Part shown: piece after piece, positions 1 to 13,661 of the stretch
Layout of the letters: each line of letters opens with the position of its first letter
How positions within the stretch are numbered: position 1 is the first letter of the stretch
DNA from: Eledone cirrhosa
Taxonomy: Eukaryota
Length of the DNA stretch: 64,000 nt
NCBI GenBank assembly: GCA_964016885.1
Contig: OZ024748.1
Coordinates: 32,674,001-32,738,000, forward strand
Direction: 5' to 3'
Position numbers and translations under genes: made by a program
Notes under the pieces: model-generated
Seen by the model: only the letters and a program-made list of their open reading frames with translations
Databases searched by the model: none
Told to the model about the DNA's origin: nothing

Positions 1-261
1 TCCGCTAAGCGCCACTTTCGGTTATTTGTCGGAGATTCCTTCATAGAAGCCTCATTCGTATAGCCTGGTCTATTCAATTTTTTATATAGTTAATTATGCT
101 AATTGGGCGAGGAAATAGGTTATATTTTATCTTGTGATTCTATAGACATGTTTTATGATATATAGCTCTGATTGTTTAATTTATTAATTTTTCATTGAGT
201 CACAAAGTGACCAGTTGCAAAACACGTATATATATGTGTATGTATTTATATATGTAAACTT

Positions 262-334
<73 letters not shown>

Positions 335-352
335 CATATATATACATATATA

Positions 353-454
353 TGTCTAAAGTCACCCTCCTCACCAAGAAACCTTGGTGGGGTTGCCAGT
401 TTAGTCGCCAACGACCCGACAATGGTTGTACTGGGATACATGTTACCAGTTACA
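353..454 (-). repeat. Short inverted copy of the start of the 3896-4486 element, embedded in (TA)n
   Basis: Reverse complement matches 3896-4003 (aactggtaacatgtatcccagt...gtcgttggcgactaaactggcaac...ggtgaggagggtgacttt). Confidence 0.75.
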
Positions 455-505
455 TATATATATATACACATACATACATATATATATGTATACATACATA
501 TATAT

Positions 506-1706
506 AAAAACTTATAATGAAACAATTGTTTGGAAAGAGAGATATATTTTAACTTTAATTATATCTAATAAAATAATACAACTGGCTTTCCACAAAATAC
601 ATATAGTTAGCACCCCAAACACTTAAATTGGGTTATACTAACATATAACCTAATGTTTGTTGAGGGAGATGGTTACCAGTCAGAGTTTAGCTTTAAGCTA
701 TCTTTGTTATTGTATTAAATATTTTACTCTTGATTGGCCAGAGGTATTTTTTCCAGGTACCTTATAAATATGACTTTCCGTATTTATTACTGTTATGTGA
801 TATGGTGGTTTTTTGGTTGTCACTTCTCTGTTTTTAGCCTAAGAAAATATATATATGCCTGTGTAAATAATTACATGCATACATTTATTTTTTTTAATTA
901 ATTGAGTTCTTAACACGTGGAATTGATATTAGTTTTGAAATAACTAATTAACCCGCGTGTGTTTAATATTTTACTCTTAATTCGGCCAGAGATTTACATT
1001 CCCAATAGCCCTTTAAAGCGTAACTTTCCGTATTTACTACTGTTATGAGATGCGGTTTGTTATTCAGGTACAACTTCTGTTTTTAGCCTAAGAAAATATC
1101 TATATGCGTGTGTAATTAATACACGCATACATTTATTTTTTAAATTTCAATTGAGTTCTTAACACGTTGGATTGATAAAGTTTTTGAAAAAACTAATTAA
1201 CCCGCGTGTATATTATTTTTTCTTTTCTCGTGAATCGTGGTTGTCTCCCTTTCCCGCTTCGTGACGCTATAATACTTCCTCAGTCAAAAACTGCTGGAAT
1301 TTCAAATTTGGCGGTCATTCGATGCGTGAAGGAGCAGCTTAGCAGACACGATTTTTAACTGCGGTAAGAATTTTTTCTTATATCAAAGTTTAATGGGCTT
1401 CCACTGAAGATTTATAAGTGCCCACCTAAATATATTCTTACATAAATATATGTTAGGCTTCTACATAAACTGGAAACATTCTCCCAATTTGTAGAAAACT
1501 TATAATGAAACAATTGTTTGGAAAGAGAGATATATTTTAACTTTAATTATATCTCATAAAATAATACAACTGACTTTCCACAAAATACATATAGTTAGCA
1601 CCCCAAACACTTAAATTGGGTTATACTAACATATAACCTAATGTTTGTTGAGTGAGATGGTTACCAGTCAGAGTTTAGCTTTAAGCTATCTTTGTTATTG
1701 TATTAA

Positions 1707-1708
<2 letters not shown>
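506..1708. mobile_element. Terminally redundant non-coding element with ~210 bp direct repeats and an internal ~240 bp duplication; probable non-autonomous PLE or retrozyme-like insertion
   Basis: aaaacttataatgaaacaattgtttgg...gttattgtattaaat occurs at ~506-720 and ~1495-1708. ~720-960 is repeated at ~965-1205. Flanked by (TA)n. Confidence 0.55.
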
Positions 1709-1738
<30 letters not shown>

Positions 1739-2042
1739 GGCGGCGATGAATTAGTTTTGCGAGGTTTTTTATATGAAATCGTGTGTCGAAACAATTACAA
1801 ATAAAATAAAATAAATAAATAAATAAATACATACACAAACACAATAACAACAAGCACATAAACACACAATAGTCACCCATCACACAGCAAACAAAACACT
1901 ATACACACACGCAAACGCACGCACAAAGAAGACAAAATAAAATAAACAAACAAGCAAATAAATAAATATATATATAGACAGACTGAATAAAAATGGCGTA
2001 GACATACAATACAACAGGAGGAAAACTGGACATGAACTGGAC

Positions 2043-2640
2043 ATGAAAGGAATTTGCCCATTATACAGGAGCAAATCATGGAATAGCTTAGATAGGGCTA
2101 GACATAAGATAGGGAAAGCCACCTCATGGTACGACAACCAGAGATACCAGAGTGTCATGTTTGTGGACGCCACCCCTGGAGGGAAATTAGCTAACCAGTG
2201 TAGAAAGGCCCTGAGAAAGACCCACTTAAAAATAAAGGTGGTAGAAAAGCCAGGAACCACCACAAAATCCCTGATCAGCAAAACCTACCCTTTTAAGAAA
2301 ACCCACTGTACCAATAGGAAATGTATCATATGTAAGGTGAACCCCCGGATAAACTGTAAAACTAGAAACGTAGTCTATAGCATAAGATGTACAGAGGGTA
2401 CTTGCAGAAACATGACAACAACATACATAGGTGAGACAGCTCGTAGCATAGGTGAAAGGATAGTGAAAAAACGGGTCAGTACTATACGAACATGCTAGAC
2501 AACAACATGACGGTAACATAGACAACATAGAAATTAGAATAATATCTAAACATAGAAATGACCCAGCAGATAAGCAAATCAGAGAGGCCAGTGAAATAGA
2601 AATTAGAAGACCAAGGCTAAACAGAAAGAATGAATGGAAT
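2043..2640 (+). pseudogene. PLE ORF C-terminal fragment: RT-EN linker, Cys-rich region and GIY-YIG endonuclease
   Basis: FVDATPGGKL...KVVEKPG...CxxxxCxxC...NCKTRNVVYSIRC...YIGETARSIGER. Frameshifted after ~2460 and lacks the RT core. Confidence 0.8.
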
Positions 2641-2924
2641 AACAAAAACACCCAAACAAACAACACTGACCTAAGAGAAATATAAATAAGTAAATAAAAT
2701 AAAATAAATAAATAAATAAATACATACACAAGCGCAATAACAACGAGCACATAAACACACACTAGTCACCCATCACACAGCAAACAAAACACTATACACA
2801 CACGCAAACGCACGCACAAAGAAGACAAAATAAAATAAACAAACAAGCAAATAAATAAATATATATATAGACAGACTGAATAAAAATGGCGTAGACATAC
2901 AATACAACAGGAGGAAAATATAAC

Positions 2925-2960
2925 ACCACTGACGATGTTGCAGATGTGCAACGAAAGATT
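2925..2960 (+). ncRNA. Hammerhead ribozyme core, incomplete
   Basis: CTGACGA-t-GTTGCA-gatg-TGCAAC-GAAA at 2929-2956. No clear helix III or helix I partner downstream. Confidence 0.5.
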
Positions 2961-3171
2961 TATGATAAACTATATATATGTGTTTGTGTCTATATTGTAT
3001 CTGTATTATTTTTGACCGTCGGTCAGTCAATGGCAACATTGAGGACCGAGTAAGTTAGATTACCGATATAAAAGACACAGAAGCGAGAAGCGAAAACCAA
3101 CCAAACAGTGAGTGTGTTCTGTTATTAATTCTGGCAATATTACACAAATATGACCCTCCCCAAGTATAACA

Positions 3172-3895
<724 letters not shown>

Positions 3896-3897
<2 letters not shown>

Positions 3898-4486
3898 TAA
3901 CTGGTAACATGTATCCCAGTATAACCTGTCTCATGATCGGGTCGTTGGCGACTAAACTGGCAACCTCACCAAGGTTTTTTGGTGAGGAGGGTGACTTTGG
4001 ACATCCTGCAGGACTAAAAACAAAACCTGTCAAAGGGCAAAGGAGCTCTTGAGAGTCAATGGCCATCCAAATTCACCGGGTGAGATGACCCCTTAGCCTT
4101 TGTCAAGGCAGAATTCTAGGAGAAGGAAAACTCTGATATAACACCTGCAACCCTGATGGTATCCAATGATGTTGACTTGTTCTTCTTTTTGGTAAATATC
4201 ATCTTGGTTAAGAGAGTGGGACTGGCTTTGTGCAGTGCTTTTGCTCACTATAAAATCTTCACGGCACAGGCATTGCTTTATATCTGGAGATCTCTCTGCA
4301 CTTGTCGTCACAGGGTACCATGGGCCCAGAATTATATGTCAATAATTGTCACAAGTGTAGTGTTTGTACCAGAGTTTTCAAGTTGCTGGCTGGACTAAAA
4401 CGTCACATTCTTTGAGCGCATCGGTAGGGGTTCTCCTACATGGATATAAATTAGTGGCCGTACTCGAAAACGAGTTGGCAGCCACC
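3896..4486 (+). mobile_element. Interspersed repeat, possibly the 5' region of an RTE-like LINE
   Basis: Balanced-GC island inside (TA)n with a second partial copy at 353-454. Contains ggagaaggaaaactctgat, reminiscent of RTE 5' UTRs. No ORF. Confidence 0.35.
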
Positions 4487-4975
4487 ATATATATATGTAG
4501 GTGTATATATATATATGTATGTATGTGTATATATGTATATATATATATGTATGTATGTGTATATATATATGTGTATATATATATGTATATATATATATGT
4601 ATATATATATATGTATATATATATATGTATATGTATATATGTATGTATATATATATATGTATATGTATGTATATATATATATATGTATATGTATGTATAT
4701 ATATATATATGTATATATATGTATGTATATATATATGTATGTATATGTATATATATGTGTATGTATGTGTGTGTATATATATATATATATGTATATATAT
4801 ATGTATGTATATGTATATATATATGTGAGTGTGTATATATATATATATATGTATATATATATGTATGTATATGTATATATATATGTGAATGTATATGTAT
4901 ATATATATGTGAATGTATATATATATATATATTATATGTGTATATATATATATATGTATGTGTATTATATACATA
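4487..4975. repeat. Imperfect (TA)n/(TATG)n microsatellite
   Basis: Direct reading. Confidence 0.95.
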
Positions 4976-5247
4976 GATTTATTTATAAATAAATATACAC
5001 GGGTGTATGATTGTGTATAGAAAATTATATTAATAAAAGGAATTCCATCTTTGATTTACTCGTTTTATTTACAATCCTTTAAAATTATAATGGTATTAGA
5101 ATGAAATAGTATGGTAAAATATTAAGTGTTAATTGAACAAGTACTTTCATGCTTTCGCAATCTCCAGGTTCAAATTCTGTGGTGGCAGTCAAGTTTGCAA
5201 TTTTCAACTGTAATGAGATCGGTAATATATATATATGTATGTATGTG

Positions 5248-5280
<33 letters not shown>

Positions 5281-5480
5281 GTATATATATGTATGTATAT
5301 GCATGTATATATGTATATATATATATATACATATATATAAAAGAAATAGGATTTAGCTTCAAGCATAGCTTTATACAATATGTATAAATATTTCGTAATA
5401 GCCGTAGCTATCTAAACACCGGAGGGGGGGGGGGGACTGACGCTCTCTGGTGATGTCCAGCAGAAGCAAGGGGGACAATT

Positions 5481-5518
5481 GTCTATGCATTTCAGCCTTA
5501 ACTGGCCTTCGTCAGGAC
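5481..5518 (-). ncRNA. Minimal type I hammerhead, PLE type (helix II partly decayed)
   Basis: Reverse complement reads gtc-CTGACGA-aggccagttaaggct-GAAA-tgca-TA-gac. Confidence 0.65.
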
Positions 5519-5524
5519 GGTCCC

Positions 5525-5869
5525 TCATTTGTTCAACACTGACAAAGGAACGCTCTACTAGTTTCAAGCTTATTCCCATATGAAGCTGCATAAGTTAGCT
5601 CAACTTATAATAATAAACAAGTTGAGCCAACTTATGCAGCTTCATATGCAAATGAGATTAATCACCTCATTTACACAAACGAGAAAAGTATATATTCTCT
5701 CCTGTCTTCTAGTCCAGCAGTCGCAAGCGTTGGGAGGGACCGTCCTGACGAAGGCTAGTTAAGCCTGAAATGCATAGACTGTTGTCCCCCTGGTGTTAGC
5801 ATAGCTACGGCTTCCTAAAACCGTATTTCCTTGGAGATACGAAATATTTATATATATATATATTATATT

Positions 5870-5917
<48 letters not shown>

Positions 5918-6730
5918 TATGTATACGTAGATACATATATGTATACAGACGTACAGTAGTATGTATATATATATACATACATGCATACATATATATATGT
6001 ACGTATGGATTCACCGAATATTTATTATAATGCTCGGTGTGTTTGTAAACAAACACCCGAATTATCCGTACAGTGTCTAGCAACCATCGTTGCTCATTTG
6101 TTCAACACTGACAAAGGAACGCTGTACTAGTTTCAAGCTTATTACCTATCGTCAGCAACGTATACCTTCCTGACAGATGATTGAACGTCTGAAAGTATAT
6201 ACTTTCCTTATGCATACTAACGGTGAGCAGCCTAATTTGCATATCGAGTGAGGTAATCGGCCGGGCGCACCGAAAACGATAAACGGAAAAATGAAACGAA
6301 ATTTCATTTCTCACTCTTAATACGGCTGTTACTTAAATATAAGTATGTATACGTACATACATATATGTATACAGACATACAGTACTATGTATATATATAT
6401 ACATACATGCAAACATATATATATGTACGTATGGATTCACCGAACACTTATTATAATGCTCGGTGTGTTTGTAACCAAATACCCGAATTAAGCCGTTCAG
6501 TGTCTAGCAACCATCATTGTTCATTTGTTCAACACTGACAAAGGAACGCTGTACTAGTTTCAAGCTTATTAGCTATAGTCAGCAACGTATACCTTCCTTC
6601 CAGATGATTGAACGTCTGAAAGTATATACTTTTCTTATGCATATTAGCGGCTGAGTAGCCCAATTTGCATATCGAGTGAGGTAATCGGCCGGGCGCACCG
6701 AAAATGATAAACGGAAAAAATGAAACGAAA
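5525..6730 (-). repeat. Diverged copies (~2.5) of the HHR-bearing satellite monomer
   Basis: tactagtttcaagctt at ~5556, ~6126 and ~6552. Also cctaatttgcatatcgagtgag...gcgcaccgaaaa. Confidence 0.85.
5742..5779 (+). ncRNA. Minimal type I hammerhead with palindromic helix III (ATGCAT)
   Basis: gtc-CTGACGA-aggct-agtta-agcct-GAAA-tgca-TA-gac. Helix I is GUC/GAC and helix II is AGGCU/AGCCU. Confidence 0.8.
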
Positions 6731-6749
6731 TTGGGGAAGAATGAGGTTC

Positions 6750-7595
6750 CATGTTCGGGTAATAGGAAAACCAGTGTGTACATGGGGTGGGGTGTAAGTC
6801 AGAGTGTGGTTGGTGAGGGGGTGGGGGAAAGGGGCGTGCGCATTCTGGAGGCCGAGTATGTGTACGTGAGGATACGCACGTGTGTGTTTTTGTGTGGTGT
6901 GGATGTATGGTTCTGTGTGTGCGAAAATAGTGCAAGTGTTTGTGTGTGTATTCCTGAATGTTGTCCCGCATAGTATAGGAAGAGATGCTGAAAAATCCGA
7001 GTATAAGAGGGTGGATGACTGGAGCGGTGTGACCAGTGGTGTAGAATCTGTGGAGGGGTGCGGTGAGAGTTGTGGGGTGCGCACAGAATAGGAAGTGGGC
7101 AAGAGGGTCAAGACAGGGCGAAGGATGTGGGAGAGAGGAGATAGCAGTAGGAGGGTGACGGGCAGTGGTAGGGATGAAGGCAGACGGACGGTGTTAGGGA
7201 TGGTCTGTATGTGTGTGTGTGGAGGTGCGGTGGACAGGGGAGGTGATGGGTGGACAGGAGAACCAAAGTGGAGGGCGATGGGGGAACTCCAGCCGAGACG
7301 AATATCACGGAGGTGCTCTGTGAACCGATCCGCCAGGCTACGGCTGGTCTGTCCGATGTAGGTGGCGCTGCACTCCATGCAGCGAGGTCTGTAGACGAGG
7401 TTGGAGGAGGTGCAGCGTAAGGCATGCCGGACAGAGAGAGACTGGCCAATGGGACCCTGGAAGGTGGTGGTGTTGGTGGGGTGGAGGCAGGTCTGGTGCA
7501 AGGAAGGGAACTAAGAGGGAACGGGGCATGGGGGTAGGGACTGCGGACGAGGAGGTTGCGGAGGCTTCATGCGTGTTTGAAGGAGGACAAAGAGG
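6750..7595 (-). pseudogene. GC-rich PLE fragment encoding a GIY-YIG endonuclease (domain at ~7255-7470)
   Basis: ORF 6644..7501(-): CTSSNLVYRPRCMECSATYIGQTSRSLADRFTEHLRDI...PIALHF. No RT in frame. Confidence 0.8.
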
Positions 7596-7652
7596 TGTAT
7601 ATATATATATATAATATAAATCAAAAGATGGTTAAAAGAGTTCCATGTATTT

Positions 7653-7713
7653 TATTATGCGCATTTCAAAAACAAATATCATCATAGGATGATATTTGCG
7701 TTCTCATCAGATA
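7653..7713 (-). ncRNA. Type I hammerhead with long helix II and palindromic helix III (ATGCGCAT)
   Basis: Reverse complement reads tat-CTGATGA-gaacgcaaatatcatc-ctat-gatgatatttgttttt-GAAA-tgcgca-TA-ata. Confidence 0.75.
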
Positions 7714-8036
7714 TATATGTAAAAGTATCTGAATTCATTTGCAATTATGCAAACAAGCCTCAATTTTATAGCCATGTCAGTAGAATGAACACTTCATTCT
7801 TGCTCTTGTGTTGGCAAGTAAACAGAACTGCAGACACTAATGTTTCTGTGTATCACCCTTCATGCAGTTCTGTTCGCATGCCAACACAAGCAAAATTTAT
7901 ACATATACATATATATACACACACATATATATATACACACATACATACATAGATATATATAGAGATATATACACACACAGACACACATATATATATATAC
8001 ATGTACATATATATATATACATATATATACACATAC

Positions 8037-8105
<69 letters not shown>

Positions 8106-8779
8106 AATTATATATACAAATAATATATGCAGACAAGCGCTCCATGGTTATGAAGATACCAGAGCTATAAACATAAGTTAAAATGGTCATACAAACTGAG
8201 ACGATGGTTAAGAAGCCATTAACCACCTTAGCCAAAAAAGCGAACACGCTAAACGGGTCAAACAAAATAAGATATGATTGAAATAGTTACCCGGACCCTC
8301 GTGGAAGATGGAATACTCCGATATTTGGGTTTCTGCAACACCTAAATCAATAATACTGTCTGCTTATAAAAAATAAGCTTTTGGTATAATGATCGAACAA
8401 GGCATCGCTTTCTAAACAGGCATTTTGCTCTTCGTGCGCCAGAATCTCACAGGTTATGAAAGCACATGTGAGGTTCTAAGGGGAGGAAACCCCTATTTGG
8501 CCAGTGAATTCAGCATGTGTAGTTATTGTGAAAATTTGCAAAAACAGCACAAAACGAATTTGTTTGGAAATTAAACTTAAGCGATTAATCAGTCATATAT
8601 ATATATATAATAATAATAATATCATTTATAGTTATGTATACACTATATACAACTATAAACAGGAAAGGTCAGTAATTCATTACTCACTTATTACAAGTAA
8701 GAAAAATAGCTCATGAGATGTTTTACAGAGCCAGAATAAAAATTACACAATAATCAAAGCTATATTCAAATCATTTTAT

Positions 8780-8826
8780 TGCTGACAATCGTTTCTTCCA
8801 AACTTTCGTTTGGAATCATCGAAGCA
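8780..8826 (-). ncRNA. Decayed type I hammerhead in the left PLE arm
   Basis: tgct-TCGATGA-ttccaaac-gaaa-gtttggaa-GAAA-cgattg-TC-agca. The core CT is changed to TC. Confidence 0.65.
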
Positions 8827-9696
8827 CTAGCAAAGTTTGGACATATAATTAACTTCCTATCCAACTGAACAATCATATAGATATATGGATATTAATGTTG
8901 TCATCAACAGTTTCATATTTACAGAGTGGAATGGATGTGACAGAGATCACAAGAGAATTCTATAATAATTAAAGAGGTACAGAGTGGAATGCATGTGACA
9001 GAGATTACAAGTGAATAGTATAATAATTAAAGAGGCATTAAGGCAGAAAGTTACTCGTAAAACGAGGTCACTAGCAGTAGATATGCAAGCTTATAGAAAG
9101 TGCAAATGCGTTAGGCATATACAGGACAGTTAGGTAGGAAACAAGCAATGGTACTAGGCATATATAATTACTGTATGGCAAAGGTATCACATAAAATAAC
9201 ATAGGTTTCCAAGCATATCAAGCAGGCAAAGATGTTTGTGTATTAAGATTATGAGTTTATGGTGAATGTAGTGTGATAATTGTTTCTGCATTGTTCAAAT
9301 GTGCATGTGTTGAGAGTGTTAATATTATTGTTATCTTTTCCATTACATTGGTTATATTTTATTTTAGTTAATGTTTATAATTAGTTACAGCTATGGATTG
9401 TATATTGGTCCTATTATTTTGTTATCCAGGGTTCGAGTTGTTCTGGAGTGATACTTCTAACGGTTTAATTTCCGGAAGCGAGTTTAAGATCTATATTAAG
9501 GGGAGCTAATGTGAAAGGGGAGGTAATTAGCGATTAATTTGTATATGATAGAAAAAAAATGTATAGTTCTTTACAGCTCCAATTAGTTAAATTCCTTGAG
9601 CTAATATACATTATATTGTGTTACAAGTGAATCCTTTTTATATAATGCTATTTATTTATATTTAATTTTAAATACAATCTATTTTCCTATAATACA

Positions 9697-9850
9697 TAGA
9701 GGGTCGGACATTCTGAGTTCAAATCCCGCCGAGGTTAACTTTGCCTTTCATCCTTACGGGGTCGATAAAATAAAGTACCAGTCACGAACTGGGGTAGATT
9801 TAATCGAATTTCCCCTCCCCCAAAATTGCTGGCCTTGTGTCTATATAATA
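9697..9850 (+). mobile_element. tRNA-derived SINE (partial)
   Basis: B-box gagttcaaatccc, then gcctttcatccttacggggtcgataaaataaagtaccagt, then the tail gctggccttgtg. Confidence 0.85.
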
Positions 9851-10179
9851 AATCATTATATTATGTTATAAGTGAATCCCTTATATATAATGCTATTAAT
9901 TTATATATTTAATTATAAATATAATTTATTTTCCTATAATACATTATCTATCCATTATTGAATATAATATTAGTAAGCTATAGTAGTTATATTAAATGGT
10001 GGTAGCTTTATGTTTATTTCTAATAGGAGTTAAGTAGAGGAATGAGCTGATCATAGAGTGTGATGCTGTGGGGGTAATTAGATGCTGATAAAACCTAGAG
10101 GTGAAGTGTTAATGATGGTGAGGAATCCAGATCTGACATTGTTATATACTAGCAGCTAGGTTTAAAGTTATGGAAAGAG

Positions 10180-10540
10180 TGTCGGTGGTGGTGTTGGCAC
10201 ATGGAAAAAATCTCTGATTTTCTATTTAGGAGGTCTAGTTTCGAATAGATTATAGTGTGGGTTTCCAGAAGACAGAGGTTACATAATTAATTCGGTGGCT
10301 TATACGATGCGGCCCTATCTATTACTTCCCATTTAAGTGTATATGGTCTATTCCTAGTTTTTAGAGAGTGTATGTAGTTAGATAAAGAAGTGGGGTTGGC
10401 TAGATTGTGATTTGAAAGAGTGGAGATGCGAGTTATATCTCGTCTTGAAGCAGTTCGAAGTTGAACCGATATATATTTTTGAAGAGTTGTTTGTGTTGAC
10501 CATGCATGAGTAAATGATATCTTTGATTAAGCAATTTTTA
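10180..10540 (-). pseudogene. PLE GIY-YIG fragment (inverted arm)
   Basis: Reverse complement translates to YIGSTSNCFKTRYNSH...CNLCLLET. Confidence 0.8.
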
Positions 10541-10562
10541 CCTAATCGTTTCTTCGGCGTAG

Positions 10563-11830
10563 GTGGTGGGCCTATATATCTTAAATGAAATTCATAAGAA
10601 CCTACCCTACCTCAATGGTGATTTATACCGCGATGATGCATTACTTCTTATTGACTATAACAAATTTAATATAGAAAGAACTAGGAAACAATTACATAAA
10701 ATTTTCAAAAACTTCAACTTAGGTATCACCATAGATAAAAACACTAAAAACGTTAACTTCCTTGATGCTACCCTTTGCCTAGACTCTAAAATATATACAC
10801 CCTTTCATAAACCAAACGAAAAACTACTTTATGTAGATACCAACACTAACCACCCTAAATCCATATTAAACTCAATTACTAAAGGAATATCAAATAGAAT
10901 CTCTAATCTATCATATAACGAAACCCTATTTAACAATAATTCCCAATACTATAATGAGGCCTTAGCTAAATCAGGACATAAAAATGAGATTAAATTTCTA
11001 CCTATAAAATCACCTAGTTACAACATTATTTCTCACAATATGGCCATGAGGAAAAATAATAAAAGTACTAGCCACTCTAACACTAATACAAAGGGTAATA
11101 TCAAACTTAACTCGCACCAGAATAAACACCCCAATAATAATAATAATATAAACAGAAATATAAACAATACCTCAAGTAACATTACAAAAAACAAAAATAG
11201 AAGAACTAATACATTCTTCAATCCCCCTTTCAATCTAAACGTCTCTACCAACTTGTCTAAGGCTTTCTTCTCAATCCTAGAAAAAAACTTCCCAGCCGGC
11301 ACAAATACCATAATCTTATCAATAAAAATACCATTAAAATCTCTTACTCTACCACACCTAACATCGCATACCATATAGCTAGGAGTAATAAAGGGAATAT
11401 TAATAATTATTTCCAACTAATTAAATCACAACAGGGGGTAAACTTACAGAGCAACACAGTACCAGAGAATATTAGTAGCAATAATAATAATGATAATAGC
11501 ACTAATGAAATTAATAACAATAGAACGATAACCATCATTACCCTAATGCCATCCCTAACAGCCAGGCATCTACACAACATAGTAACCGGCAAGCAAACAA
11601 CCGGAATAACTGTAACTGTAGAACAAATAGAACTTACCCCTTAGGTAAAAATTGATTAATCAAAGACATCATTTACTGATGCACGGTCAACACAAACATA
11701 TATCGGTTCAACTTCGAACTGCTTCATGACGAGATATAACTCGCATCTCCACACTTTCAAAATTGCAACCTAGCCAACTCCACTTCTTTATCTAGTTACA
11801 TACAATCTTTGAAAACTAGGAATAAACATA
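10563..11830 (+). pseudogene. 5'-truncated PLE reverse transcriptase (YRDD onward) plus frameshifted GIY-YIG
   Basis: LYRDDALL...VNFLDATL...PFHKPN...YVDTNTNHP...ALAKSG...FFNPPFNLNVSTNL. YIGSTSNCF at ~11700. Confidence 0.88.
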
Positions 11831-11997
11831 AAGCTAACACCATTTAATATAACTACTATAGCTTACTAATATTATATTCAGTAATGGAAAGATAATAATA
11901 TGATGTAGTATAGGAAAATAAATTATATTTATAATTAAATATATAAATTAATATAAAAAATGAAATTTCATTTTTTCCATTTATAAATTAATAGCAT

Positions 11998-12185
11998 TGT
12001 GGATTGGCAGTATCGGTAGAGGGTCGGACGCCATGCTTTCCAGCATAGTTACGTCCCTTTATGATCTGAGTTCAAATCCCGCCGAGGTTGAATTTGCCTT
12101 TCATCCTTACGGGGTCGATAAAATAAAGTACCAGTAATGCACTGGGTAATTTGCTGGCCTTGTGCCTAAAGTAGAAACAATTATA
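11998..12185 (+). mobile_element. tRNA-derived SINE
   Basis: gtggattggcagtatcggtagagggtcggacgcc...gagttcaaatcccgccgagg...gtagaaacaatt. Confidence 0.9.
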
Positions 12186-12214
12186 TATAAGGGATTCACT
12201 TATAACATAATATA

Positions 12215-12390
12215 ATTGTTTCTACTTTAGGCACAAGGCCAGCAATTACCCAGTGCATTACTGGTACTTTATTTTATCGACCCCGTAAGGATGAAAGACA
12301 AAGTCAACCTCGGCGGGATTTGAACTCAGATCGTAAAGGGACGGAAAGCATGGCGTCCGACCCTCTACCGATACTGCCAATCCACCGCCA
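12215..12390 (-). mobile_element. tRNA-derived SINE, tail-to-tail with the previous copy
   Basis: Reverse complement of the same consensus. Confidence 0.9.
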
Positions 12391-12499
12391 ATGCATATTA
12401 ATAACACAAGAGATTTAACTAATTGGACCTGTAAACAACTATACATTTTTTCCTATAGTTTACTTATACTTTATTCAGTAATGGATAGATAACAATATA

Positions 12500-12690
12500 A
12501 TTGTTTCTACTTTTGGCACAAGGCCAGCAATTACCCAGTACATTACTGGTACTTTATTTTATCGACCCCGTAAGGATGAAAGGCAAAGTTAACCTCGGCG
12601 CGATTTGAACTCAGAATAGAAAGGGGCGTAACTCTATGAATCAAGGCATGGTGTCTGACCCTCTACCGATACTGCCAATCCACTGCCATT
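12500..12690 (-). mobile_element. tRNA-derived SINE
   Basis: Reverse complement of the same consensus. Confidence 0.88.
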
Positions 12691-13614
12691 AGATAACAAT
12701 ATAATGAGACCTTTAATGTATTATAGGAAAATAGATTGTATTTAAAATTAAATATAAAAAATAGCAATATATAAAAGGGATTCACTTATAACACAATATA
12801 ATGTATATCAACTCAATGAATTTAACTAATTGGAGCTGTAAACAACTATACATTTTTCCCATTTTTCTAATTTCTTCTACCATTTACAATGTAATCGCTA
12901 GTTACCACCTCACCCCCTTTCGTTTAGTTCCCATTAATATAGATCTCAGACTCACTTCCGGAAATTAAACCGTTAGAAGAATCACTCCAAAACAACTCGA
13001 ACCCCAGATAACAATATAATAGGACCGGTGTACAAACCATGGCTGTGACTGATTAAAAACATTCCCTAAAATAAAATATAGCCAATATGATGGAAAAGGT
13101 AGCAATAACATTGATACTCTCAGCACATACACATTTGAACATTACAGAAACAATCGTCACACTACATCCACCATAAACCTATAATTTTAATACACAGACA
13201 CATTTGCCTGCTTGATATGCTTGTAAACATATGTTATTTTATGTGATACCTTTGGCATGCAGTAATTATATATGCCTAGTACAATTGCTTGTTTCCTTCC
13301 TGTATATGCCTTACGTATTTGCATTCTCTATACGCTTGCATATGTACTGCTAGTATCCTCGTTTTACGAGTAACTTTCTATCTTAATGCCTCTTTATTTG
13401 TTATACTAATCTCTGTCGCATACATTCCACTCTGTGCCTTTTAATTTATTAACTTTTAATTTTTAATTGTAATTATTGTACAATTCTCTGGAATTCTATG
13501 TCGCATCCATTCCACTCTGTAGATACGAAACTGTTGTTCACAACATTAATATCCATGTATCGATATGATTGTTCAGCTGAATAGGAGGTTAATTATATGT
13601 ACAAACATTGCTAG

Positions 13615-13661
13615 TGCTCTGATAATCCCAAACGAAAGTTTGGAAGAAAGGATTGTCAGCA
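13615..13661 (+). ncRNA. Decayed type I hammerhead in the right PLE arm
   Basis: tgct-CTGATAA-tcccaaac-gaaa-gtttggaa-GAAA-ggattg-TC-agca. Confidence 0.65.

Larger units (their letters stand above)
1795..2960 (+). mobile_element. 5'-truncated Penelope-like element with direct (pLTR-like) repeats
   Basis: A ~230 bp direct repeat (~1795-2025 and ~2690-2917) flanks a GIY-YIG-coding fragment. An HHR core follows the second repeat. Confidence 0.75.

Noticed and set aside
1-66. HHR-like motif on the minus strand (CGAATGA...ccGAAA)
   Set aside because: Two core mismatches and no convincing helix I; also at the window edge.
6644-7501. 285 aa ORF as an intact gene
   Set aside because: Only ~70 aa are GIY-YIG-like. 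The rest is low-complexity read-through into the satellite monomer.
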